Shown: positions 1 to 11,700 of the stretch, one piece after another
How the letters are laid out: each line of letters opens with the position of its first letter
Numbering within the stretch: position 1 is the stretch's first letter
DNA from: Raillietiella orientalis
Taxonomy: Eukaryota
DNA: 64,000 bases
Assembly (NCBI GenBank): GCA_036172245.1
Contig: JAYWIR010000002.1
Location: forward strand, 5,518,001-5,582,000
Direction: 5' to 3'
Made by a program: the position numbers and the translations under genes
Notes under the pieces: generated by a model
What the model saw: only the letters and a program-made list of their open reading frames with translations
The model's database searches: none
Told to the model about the DNA's origin: nothing

Positions 1-3000
1 TCTCGAGATCCACCGCGCAACAAGGTCGGATGCAGTGGATGCGGAGCTCGCTCCAAAACCGCTTGTTTTTCTGTCGCCGATTTTATCGCACCATGCGGGT
101 GACCAGTGCTGTCAAGCAAAGCAAGAGATACAATCTCGTCAACCGCTGCCACGGAAACGGCGCCACGAACCCGGGACAACACACAGAAGAACGTATCTGA
201 TCACTCGGAAAACCGACCGAACGCACCTCCCTAGGAATAGCGATCCGTCGTTCCCCAGGGTCCGAACGCCCCTCGGGCGAGCTGCGTTTCCACGCCCGCG
301 TGCAGTCGGTTTCCAGCTGATGCTTCGCTTTTCCTGTTTCCCTTTTGCCTAATTTCGGAGGGGCGCAGCAGCGGGGGGAGGGAGGGGGAGAATTTCGACT
401 TACGAGGGAACGCGAGAAATTCTGGGCGAAAGCAACCACGTGACATCTATCTCACTAAGAGACATCCGACCAACAGCCCAAGAGGCAGAAGGACTCCCCA
501 CTTCCAGGCTGGCAATCACAACACGCTGCCACGGTCTGAGGAAGGCATGCAGGGGGACCGCACCTTGCCGCTGTTGCGACCCCTGCTTCTTTAGCGGCAA
601 GGGTGAACTCAGGATCGGAAGCAGCGGGAATGGCAACCCTGACGCATCCAGGGCTTGGGCTGGTTGAGGGACTCTGATGAGAACACCAGAGAGCTGTCAG
701 CTTCGCAAACAAATCGGAGAGTTCGCGCTTACGTTGTTTTCGTCCTCGTCAAAGCAGGCGCTTCAAGTGCTGACCTCCGAAGGACAAGCGATCGAGCGAA
801 CGCCTGGAGCCCCCGTCTCTCAGCAGACGGCGGTTCCGCACTCGAGGACCACTCGCTCTTCAAAAGTGCCACAGAGCGCACAATGAATCGATCGACGACA
901 TTCTTAAGAGTTTTGCACGTTTTGCAGACGAATCAAACAGATCAAAGGAAGTGTCCAATCGAGCCGAAGACAACGAGGGCGGAGACCAGCCTTCGCTTCC
1001 GCATGGGGCGGAGGATGGGGGATGCAGCGAGAAGGCCTCTCTTTTGGTTACGTCGGTGGCGACAAGATGCGTTCGGTCGCGGCCTTCCCTATGACGGATG
1101 CTACGTGTTCGCGAGCACTCACTTATCAGATGCTCGCAGGAGCTGCCTCCGTGACATCCGAAAAAAAAAAAAAAAAAACATGAGAGAAAATGTGAGAAAT
1201 CGCTTGAGATCCCACAGGCACGCGTTCCGATCTCAAAGAACCGTTCCCCACATCCCGGAGTGCCTCTTTTTCAACACGAGGTCGCGCGAGTCGGCGTTGT
1301 CCCTTCCCGATTTCGACGAACGAGCGAATTTGTCGGATTGATTTTTCGGGAGTGGAGATTTTCCCGGTCGGTGTCTTCCCTGTTCTGACGCTGCAAACGT
1401 TGCGCACGAAGGGGTGAGGAGTATCCTGCAAGGTTTCCTACACGACGCCGGAGGGGGGAAACAGAACCCCGTCCGTCCTGGAACCATTCGCAGAACATTC
1501 GTCGAGCTTGAAGGACCTTTTCGTGCTTTCAGCCACGCCGGTACCAACCTGTGAGGATTCGTAATCCTCACGCGCATTTTGTGTCCTGCAGAGAACTTGA
1601 AGTACTTTCGCTGGAGAGCGATTCGTTCCCGAGAGAAGCCACGCTGAGGGGCGTAGGCAGAGCCCGCTAGGGAACACCAGAGGAACGTAGAACGGCCGAG
1701 GGCTACCAATCTCGGAACCGAGGCGGCTTGCACTCCTGGATTCGTTACGGGCCTCAAGGTTTTTGCATTCGTCCGCACCTCGAGATGAGCCAGAAAGTGG
1801 AACGAGAGCGGACGGCCGACGCTGCCTCGGACGGCCTCGGACCTCGGAGATGAGATTTCTTGAGGATCCAGCAGGGGAACCCTGCATGAACTCCAAAGTG
1901 TTTGTCGGTCCGATCCTACGAGCTACACCTGAACCCCACGTCAGGTGCAGGCGGCCATCCGTGGCAAGGGAAGCCGAGGTCTCGGTGGCTATGCATCCAC
2001 ACAGCCCTTTCAACCAATTCGAACTCTGGGACGCGCAATAAAGGAACCCCCCCTCCCCTCAATCTACGAGACCATTTTACTTCCTGGGGCTACTACATCG
2101 TCCGCAGACTCTTCCCGAAAGACCAGACAAGTGCTGTCAGAGGTGAACCATCACAATTGAAGAGAAAAAAGAAGAAGCCGAAATCCGCGAACGTTTTTGC
2201 TGTGGAAAAGAAATGTCCCTCGATGGAAGCCGATCAAAGAGTGTGTGCGCGTGCGTGTGGCACGGATTCTGATGCCGTGCCACAGGGCGATCCGCAAACG
2301 CAAGCGCAGGCTCTGCCCAAAGATCTGAGAAACTTTTCCGCTCGTTGGAAAGGGCAGTTTTCCACAGAACCACAGCTGACTTGCGAGCACTTCAGTAGGA
2401 GCGCGGTCCAGCTGGGTGCAGCGGAAATCGCACCCTTTCGAGTGGCATACAAAAATGAATACAGAATAAACACATAAATAAATAGGAACGCATGAGGAAT
2501 GAAAACAAAGAAGTGAAAATCATTAACAAAACAGGCTCGGCAGTTGCCCAATGTGAAAATCTGACAGGCTTTCTTCCTTTGTTCCCAACAAGGGCACGAG
2601 CGTGCAAAGCGCAGTCGAGTCCGTGAGGCTTGGGGGCTCGCGAAAGCCCCACAAACGCAGCTCTGCAGTGACGTCATCGTCCACGACAGTGAGGATGGGA
2701 AACCGCGACTTCCATGCAGCAAAACTACCACGACGACGTCACATGGCGCCAAAGTAATCTGATGACGCATATGCAGTGCAGCTGCGATGAAGCGTTCGGG
2801 GGGTTACGGCCGAACGCCAATTTCGGAACAGCACCCCTGCTGGACTTCCGGTTCCAATCACCCTTTCTTCACACTGAGGCAGACGATCCGAAAGATCGAG
2901 CGGCTTCCGTGTCCGATCCGTGCTACTCGCTGCACTGCCACGCACAAAGTGTGCACGTTTCGCGGAACCCTCGGCTCCTCCCATGCGCAGTGGTCCGAAT

Positions 3001-3029
3001 TCGACGGTTTGGGCGAACCGCTTTTGTGG

Positions 3030-3032
<3 letters not shown>

Positions 3033-3061
<29 letters not shown>
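3033..3061. repeat. Poly(A) tract, 29 nt
   Basis: Read directly. Confidence 0.9.
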
Positions 3062-4046
3062 CACCCCGGATAACTGCATCGCAAAGAGCGAATGAGACAA
3101 CGAGACATCGAGGCAGCAACAGATCACGCTGCATCCAAAACGTGCACCTAAGCACATTTCAACTTTGCGGTACGGTTGCACAGATGCGGGCACACACGTA
3201 CGCATACGATCTTTTAATGGTAACATGGCATGACAATAAGAAGGGGTCCTCTTGACCGCTGTTATTGCGCAACCGTGTTTCTTGAAGACCGGCACACCAG
3301 CAAGGTCGTTTCAGATCAGGTCACGCGCGACAATTTGTTCAACAGCTGTTTCTCTGCCAGGAGCGAAGAAGCTCGCGGACAGTTTCCGCGAGTATCTTCC
3401 GACACAGACGTGCGAGACAGACGGCAGCGCTCTGAGACTCAGCTGCCTCGCAGAGAGAAGTCCGCAGGAGAAGAAAGGCATCTTCCAGAGCCCAGGCGGT
3501 CATCGGAAAAAAACTCCTGATCCGTGCAGCGCTTAACGGAGCGCGCGATTTTCACATCCGCTGGCGTGATTCGACCCAAAGGAACGCTCAAAGAACGAAA
3601 CGTCGCGCGAAACAGGGAGGAATGGTTCCCCCGCTGCTGCAGCAGCTCCGTGCGAGCGCAGGAGTTTTCCGGAGCAGAATCTGGAACGTGGGGCAATAAA
3701 ACGAAGTTGAGGCCAACAGGAGCCAGTGCATTCTGAGAGGCGCCCGGGCCGCGCCCTCGTTGTCTGGAGCACAATCTCCGCGCGATTTATCCGGTCATCG
3801 CGCCGTCCTTGCGCTCCACTTGGTAAACACGGGAGCCAGCAAAGCGGACGTTAAGTGTGGCGTTTTCGTAATGGCCGGGGCATCCACGCGGCAAGAGGCA
3901 GCTGCCGCAATTCGCGCACGGAAACTCATCGACGCCTCTCACCACTTGGATGGTGGGGAACGTGGGATCCGGCGGCATGCACCGGTAATTGCGGGCGCCC
4001 GGGCGCAGCACCTGCGCCCGGGAAAGCCAGGAACGGGCGTACTCAC

Positions 4047-4216
4047 TTGATGGAGATTTGCAGCTTTTCCTTCTCCTTTTCTGATTCGAAAGAAGACGTG
4101 GAGATGGTCTCATAGGAGCCGCAATCCGAACTGGAATACAGAGAACCAGAAAAGGCTATTTCCCTCAGCAATATGTTAAGACGGCGACGCTCTGCTTCCA
4201 GCAACAGTCCCGTAAC
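4047..4216 (-). CDS. Orphan candidate exon of an unidentified gene
   Basis: Strong acceptor (CATTTCCTTTGTCTCTTCCGAACAG) and donor (GTGAGT); one fully open frame VTGLLLEAERRRLNILLRE...EKEKEKLQISIK. No homology recognised. Confidence 0.3.
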
Positions 4217-4336
4217 CTGTTCGGAAGAGACAAAGGAAATGATGTACTGCAACCTCTGCAACGCACTGCTACTTTTTTTTTTGCGGTCAATATAAACACA
4301 GTGCACCGCCAAATGATGAAAAAAAAATCTTTTGAA

Positions 4337-4341
4337 ATACA

Positions 4342-4377
<36 letters not shown>

Positions 4378-4383
4378 TATATA
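4337..4383. repeat. Compound microsatellite (ATAC)n(AT)n
   Basis: Read directly. Confidence 0.95.
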
Positions 4384-7300
4384 GAAATGAAATCGGAGAG
4401 CGATCGATGACTGAGGGGAACTGGATCAAGCACGAAACGACCAGAACTTGTTCCTGATCTGTCCAGTTTCCAGCATGGGCCGCCGCCATGCAAGTCACCC
4501 TCCACGCATTTTCCAAAAAAGTTCAGGGACGACCGCCAACTCCATTCCTGCGCGAGGATTGAGTGCTGCCGGAACACCTACGGAGTTCTTCTTCAGCGCG
4601 GAAATTTTCACAGGTGTCCCTGTAAGGGCAGGCCTTTCCTCCCGCACCCCACTAGGTGTGCAGGGATGCCACGGAAAATTCGCAAATGCCTGCCTCCGAA
4701 CACCCTGTTATCGTGGACTCGAAGTGCATTACGCTGTTGCAACACGGATTTGCACTGTACACTTTGGCTGACTGAAGTGTTCGTTCCACATTCCAGAGGG
4801 GCCACTAATGGCGGTTCACTTTTGTTATAGACCGAACAGAGAGGCGAACAAGGATCAATTATCCCAGTTCCGAGATCTTTCAGAAATCAATTTATTTTGA
4901 GATTTAGAAGAAAAAGGGAGAGAGAAACGGGCAGTCGGTACAGGGAAGATCAGGATTCTTTGAATGAGACGGAAATCCTTAAACCCCGCTTGGTGCTGAG
5001 GCGCGCTGTCCAAACGCCTCACAGAGTACTCGTAACGCAAAGATTCGTTCAGGGTCGTTCCTGTTCTGAAAGAAGGACGCCACAATTTCCTTTCATTTTT
5101 TTGCTTATAGATTTCTCAAGGCAACTTTCTATTTTTTTTTTTCTTACTCGTTCTATCATTTTTTTTTTTTTTTTTTTTAATATTCAGAGATAAATTCACT
5201 TTGATCATTAAAATCATTTCCTGCCAGCCATCTGCTCTAGAACCACCTCGTAAGAGCGCGCCCTCATTTTGTTAGGGGCTACCCGCGTGGACATGCGTGC
5301 GATGCACCGATTGTGCACGCGAATATCCCCCCATTCCTCACCACTCCTATGGAGGACCATAGCAGGGATGTCCAGCCACAGCAAAGTCTCCGTGCAAAGT
5401 CTGCATGGGTTTCGCATTGTCTGAAAGCCGGGAATCGTCCGAAAACCGGTCCGGCACAGCATCCCGCAGCCAAATGCCATATCTCACTGAGCGCTGAGGG
5501 TCTTTGCGGCTCCGCTCACGAACCAACATTTTGGGTGGCCGGCTGGCGACGTACTTCTTGGCCTTGGCAGCAGACCTTCTGCTCGAAGAGCTGGCCGCGA
5601 AGGTTCGGTCGCCTCCCGGTTTCCCGACTTCCAGGCAGGAGCTCGTTCTGGCGCCTTCCACCCGCGAGGTGGAGCGCCCGGGTGTGCAGACGAGCGTCGA
5701 AGCAAACCCTCGGGGCCCAGAGGAGAAGCGGAGGGGGACAGTGCGCAAAAACTTCAGGGGCGACGGAAGAGCCTCCGCAGCGAAACAACCCGGGTCATTA
5801 TGCACGACTGCGCTCTGCACGGTGACAGGACCACTTTCCTTTCGAGTTTCCCCGTCTCTCGATGCTCCAGGGAACCAACCCAACGACTTCTGGCCTCGAT
5901 TCCCTCGACGCAATCAACGGCAAAACGACACCGTCCCACCCAGAGAGTCCTTGTCTTTCGTTTCCTTTCTTCCTCTCTTCACGGGACGGCTCGGCCGTGA
6001 CTGCTCACGAGCCGATCCAATCCTTTCGGGCTTCAAGCCGCGTTATGCCAACGAAAACACATCGTCGTCATCATCCACTTTCTTCCGCAGGTGTCGTCGT
6101 CAGGCTGGACCGCAGGACGACAAACGGAGCGGGCAGTGCTGTGCAGGCTGGGCGAGCTTTCCTGCAGCTCAGACGAGCTGAGAGCAGCTTGGGCTTCTCC
6201 TCCGAGCACCACGGGCCGGAAATCCAAGCAACAAAGCTCGACCCCCGTGAACTGCGGAAACCTGGATGACCACTCACGGGAGAAGGAGGAGGTCCATGCG
6301 ATCGCATCCACACCGCTTCCCTTGTGTAAACAAGCACTCCGTCGAAATGGTGGTCCGATTCGTTTCCACTCGCTTCCCGAGGCCTCCCTTCGAACTATAA
6401 ATCCACTTTCATCCGTGCATCCTGCGTTTCCAGAGCAACTGGAATGCGTTCCGAATGCTTTCCGTCGTAAAACTGTCCGTCGCTCTGATTCCTGGGAGAC
6501 CACGCATCTCTTTACGTCCCGCATTACTGCTTTTATTGCTCGGCCATCGGCTCGCTCAGCAAACGGATCTCAGGAACCCTTTGCAGCGCTGTGATTCGGA
6601 TGCTTGGCGCTGGCGCTGCTGCTCCCCACGATCGCGGAAGGGAGGAGGAGACACGCCGAACAAAAGATGCGTCGGACGGACGGGCAACCGCATGCCTGTT
6701 TTCCCTTCTTTCCCTGTGCCTCCCGCAAACTGGCCTGCCTTCGCTGAGGTCGAACGTGGGTACAGCTGAGCGAGCGGTCCCGTTCGTTCCGATAAGCACG
6801 GCTACCACGGATTTATCTCTCTTGCGCAACAGAAGTCATTAGGCACGACTCGCAAACACCTTTCCACGGGGCATCGAGACGATAAGCGCCGAAGAGAGGC
6901 AAGAAAACTTGCAGCAGGTGCCCAAAGGACGGGAGCAGATGAAAGCAGCACGGCGCTCGAGTCTTGCGGCGGGAGAACCTCTCGCGGGGAAGCTGCAAGC
7001 CGGGGGGAAGGCACGCACGGAGGAGATACGCCTCGAGCATGCCGCGTCAGGTCGAGGCCGTGCTCGCCGGCCGAAGGGGACACATCGACGTGGCTCGACC
7101 CGGTGTACGTCCATTTGCGTTTTCTGCCACTGACGAGCGCGTCGGCTTCATCGCGGTGCGGGGGTGGAGGAGGGAGAGAGAGGGGAAGAGCACACCGCGC
7201 GAAAGCGTGCACGGAGAGGGTCGCACGAATCCACCGCGTGCACATTCGATTCACGAGCGCCAACGCGAGAAGCCCTGCTGCGGTTCCGCTGCGCGTGGGT

Positions 7301-8533
7301 GAGCAAGGGAGGTGTACGCGGAAGGCGAAAGGCGACACGGGGCAACAGCAGCAGCCGTCCACGCAGTTTCCCTGACGGCGAATGGAGGCAACGGCTTCCT
7401 GAGTGCCGCTGCGAAGCGACACCCTCGGCTAGCCCCACGCGTTGCGGTAGTCCACCCTGGGAGCATCCCCATTAAAAGAGAAGCCTTTCCCGCTGTTTAC
7501 GAGTAATTTCACGGCTGGCACACATCAGTAACGCCATCAATAAACCTCGATGACCTAGAGGATGCGTATTTTCAGATTAATGACGTGGAGGCAGACACGA
7601 GCGAAAAGAGCTTCGGTGACCTTCAACCATTCAAAAAAACGCGAGTCGTGAGCTCACTTCCTGGCGTCTGACCTTCGTTGCACTGCGTACGGACCTCACT
7701 CCTGGCATTCTACGATGCGCTCATTTGTGCACCTCGATCCCCCCCTCCCCACACACACACACACACACAGCCGTACCGAACGGGACTCGTACACGCTTGC
7801 AGCTCAGTCCAACTGAACACACGCACAGCCAGGAATCCGAGCACGATATTTTAAATCCTCCCGGCAGCCAAAGTGACAGAAGAGGGCTTCCAGGGATGCC
7901 AGTGGAAAATTCCCAAAGTAACTAATAGACCAGTGGGAATGTATGCCATCTGGTGGATAAGTGGTGGGCCAAATACCAGCTTACCGGGTATCCTTTTTCG
8001 TAGGTGCTCCGTTTAAAATAGTCGCTGCGTATTCGCCAGCGTGGGTAAAGAGCTTATGAGCAGCATTCCCTTGGCAAGACTTGCCCCCTCCTCCTCCCTC
8101 CCTTTTTTTTTTCTACGTTCGAAGTCAGCAATTGCCGAATGTGTTAAACGAGATTGTGCTCAAAGGAAATGGATAACTTGTCCTCTTCGGTCACCCCTTT
8201 TAATCGAAGTATCAAACCAAGGAATCTCATTAGAGAAAATTCGGTGGGACATCTTGCATTCCGTTCTCCATACACGAAGCACTGTAGGTCCAATAATCTA
8301 AAGAATCCCGGAAGAAGAAGAAGAAGAAAAAAACTTGGATTTTGTGCGTACGTGTTGTATCTTCGAGACCTCACATCTCTCGAACTGGGCAAAACGCATT
8401 CGAAGCGATCGAAAGAGCCCCAGCTTCCCGCAACATGACAAAATCCGTCGACGAGCGACTGCAAAAAAGACCGTTTCGTCTCGCACGTCATTTTTAATTC
8501 CTCCTGCTGCTTGCCCCCGTATATCATGTACGT

Positions 8534-8569
8534 ATCGCTTCTCGGCCTTTCGGCGAAGATCAAAGTGTA
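8534..8569 (+). pseudogene. 3'-truncated U2 snRNA fragment (nt 1-36)
   Basis: ATCGCTTCTCGGCCTTTCGGCGAAGATCAAAGTGTA closely matches the conserved metazoan U2 5' end (ATCGCTTCTCGGCCTTTTGGCTAAGATCAA(A)GTGTAGTA). Similarity starts at nt 1 and stops within the branch-point recognition sequence; no Sm site or 3' stems follow. Confidence 0.85.
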
Positions 8570-8740
8570 CACAGCGCGCGCAGGATGCGTGTACCCATCG
8601 AAGAAAACGGCAGTCTCGGCAACGGAGAGCGCGATCCGATAACCCGGCGCCGAGAAACCGTACTTGGTTTCTCGGCACAGAGATGGCACTGTCAGAAGAC
8701 GACACTTCCCATGAGAATCCGCGGCATCTGGCGGACGACG

Positions 8741-8797
8741 TCTCAGGGTTCGAGCGCGCAAGGTGCGGAGCGCACCTTGCGCGCTCGAACCCTGAGA
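8741..8797. repeat. Perfect inverted repeat, 27-bp arms with 3-nt loop
   Basis: TCTCAGGGTTCGAGCGCGCAAGGTGCG-GAG-CGCACCTTGCGCGCTCGAACCCTGAGA read directly. Confidence 0.95.
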
Positions 8798-11700
8798 TTC
8801 TGCACTGCCGCTCCCGGTCATCTGGAGCTTTCTTTTTCTTTCTCAACGCGCGCTTGCCGAGAGACGAAAGTGGATAAAAAGTCGTCGCTCTACGCGAGAA
8901 GAGGCCGAAGCTGCCCGCGAGGACAAAGACAACGAGCAGAGAAGAACCCGCGCATCCCTGCGGCAGGGGTCCGGCGCGCGCTGCGGCGAGCGGCCGTTAC
9001 AACGGAAGAGCAAAAGCACGGAACCGAGACGGGAGTTTCACGTCACCCCTGCCTCGCCCTTCCCACCTCCAAACACCCCAATTACGGTTCTCCATCTGAA
9101 CCCTTCCTCCCCCTCCAGCGACGGCAGCAGTTCCGGGGAAGATCGGCGCACGCAGGAAACGAACCGTTGTCTGGACAACGCAGATACCTGCTTAGCTGGT
9201 TCAGTCACTCGTGGAAACGCGCCCTCCCCGCAGCCAGGTGCGACGCGTGCGGACTGGCCCGCCGTGTTTTCGGTCTCCATGTCGCAGACGGCAGCAGCGC
9301 GCTTCCCCCTTCCCCCCCGACCAGCGGGAAAACTCCGCTTGGGCCGCCGCTGCCGCCCGGACCAACGGGTTCCGCCCACGAGAATGGAGGATACAGAACC
9401 GCAAACGTCTGCGCCCTTCGAGCAGCCTCCTTGCAGTTTCGATCGCAGCACGAAACACGGGCGAGAGGCACTCCGCAGACGATGGAAGCCCCCGAGGGAG
9501 AGCGGAAAACGCTTAATTGGATTCTGCGCCCCGAAAGCTGCCCGGAACCGGTGGCCAGCATCGGTAAGGGAGCAGCCAACCTGGATTCCGTGAACTCGGG
9601 AAGAAACTCCTGGAACCTCGTCCCGCGTTTCGGGATCCCCTCTGTGGCGTCCCCTCCCTCCCGGGGCGTTTTTTCTCCGTGGCGGCGCCACTCGGGACCG
9701 AGGGAAGGCCGTCGGTTCGTCGCGAGCTCGCCAGGAAAAGCGAGCGAGGAAACCGCCATCGCGAACGCAGTCACCCCTATCCGTCCGACGGCAGCCTGCC
9801 GGAAGCGATGAGACCAAACAAAAGGCCACGGAAACGACGTCGTCCATTCCTTTCGTCCTACATCGTGGGAACTGCCCCGGTAGCTCGCGTGAGCAGCTTC
9901 TCTCGCGCCGCTGGCCCGGGATTTCTCGAGATTCTCGAAACGGCGCAGAGCCTCCGCGTACCTTAAGTTCGGCGAATCTCCGGTAGATGAGGCTTCGGTC
10001 CCCCCCCCCCCCCAAGTGCACCGGCGTCGTGCGCAAAATCCGAGTTTGCTCAGCGGACGAGTTTTTTTGATCGCGAAGCCCGCGGTGTTTTCCGAAGTGC
10101 CCGGTTCGTTCGACACTCTGCACACTTGCGTGCCTAAGAAAAAGAAAAAAAAAAAGCTGTCCGCTTCGGGCCTGGGGACAACACGGAAGGGAGGGCACCG
10201 GGTCAGCTTAGTAAGTCGAGCTATTTTCGGGCAACGATGCTCGAGAAGGAACGCTCTTGAAAACACCAGGCAGATGCACGCAGCCAACCAGCTTCCGGAT
10301 ATCGGAACCCGTGCATCCTCTTCTGCGTTCCTCTTCTCGTCCGGCATCGGGAAGCGTCCCGAACGAACTGCAAACTCAAATGAACTCGCCCGCTAAGCGA
10401 AGGTCCTATACGGACTACGGCGAGCAGTAGGCACCGCCCCGAAAACGAATGAGGAAGAACTCTGGGGTGTCCTCGGAGGGCGGAGCACCTCTCCGAGAAC
10501 GAGCCAAGTGCGGACGACGACGACTCCCGAACCAGGAATGGGGAGGGGAGGGCGCGTTTCGAAACCTAACTTTGAAAAGCACAGGCAAAGGAGCAGCGCG
10601 ACGCCGGATGGCCTAGGAGTGGCCGCAAGGTTCGGTCTTTGGAGAGCTCACAGGCGAAAAAGAATAAAGACTTTTCTTCACACGGAAGGAAAGAAACGAA
10701 AAGGGAGACAAAGAGAACTGCCGTTTGGGGAGACGCATTGCTCGTTCGGATGCGGGTGGCGGGCTCTCCGGAAGACACCACTGTGTGGCATACAGAATGC
10801 TGTGGAGGACGTGGAACCTCACGTTTACCGATTCACCGAAGGGCTTCCTCGAAGAGTGTAAGGGAGGGGGGAGAGGAGGAGGAAGACACAAAAGGACTTG
10901 CTAACCGATGACACAAAAATCCGCAAAGTTCGGCGAAAGCGCCACGTGGTCCTCCGTCCGTCCCGCACATCTTAGACGTTTGCACGGTCCTGCCGATAAG
11001 AAGCATTTCTTTCCTCTATCTCTCTCCTTCCTTCTCGCTTCTGCAGCATCCCTCGCTTTGCTTCCCTCACTCATCCTTTCTTGGGGCACCGTCGCGTGAG
11101 ATGCCGGCTTCAACGCTGACGACGAACGAGCGAAAATGCATGCCGACGCGCTCGTGTTCCTGGAGACCGCGTTCCTCGAGTTGGGAATCGGACCCGCGCC
11201 TCCAAAGAAGGTGCGCACAAGTGGCCCATTAGTGTTCCCGTCCCATTGCGCAGAGGGTTCGCGTACGCCGAGGGGTACGAAAGCTTCGCACGCCCAGTGC
11301 CTCCGACCTCAGAGCTTCTGCGTGCTGCCGGACGAAAGAGAGCGCCGACAGTCAGAAGCAGGCACGTGGCTGGCACGCACGGGCACAGTCGGGTACACGC
11401 AGCGTATCGTACCACGGCCACGGCCAGACCACGCGTGAAGCCCTTGCGTTGGCGAAATGAACTGCAGTGACGGCGTGGTGGCTCGGCAGCCTTGCAGATA
11501 ACCCATAGCAACCAGACTGCAGCGATGTGCACGTACCCACGGAAACGGGAAGCTCGAAGGAAGAGACAGAGCGCTCTGGGATCGAAGAAAGTGGGGACAC
11601 GGAAACGAGCACGCACGAAGCGACCCACGCGGAGCGCCGGTTCCCCGCGTCGACTGCACCCAGGCACTGGAGCGCGCGTGGGGCAAGGCTGCAACCACCG

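Noticed and set aside
219..732. Chain of minus-strand splice-like sites near the window start (one frame gives Ig-like GNDGSLFL)
   Set aside because: Could not assemble a frame-consistent model; one putative intron would be only 28 nt.
8585..10347. Three overlapping long ORFs (408, 386 and 380 aa)
   Set aside because: R/G/P/S-rich, open on both strands and with no recognisable domain; typical GC-rich shadow ORFs.
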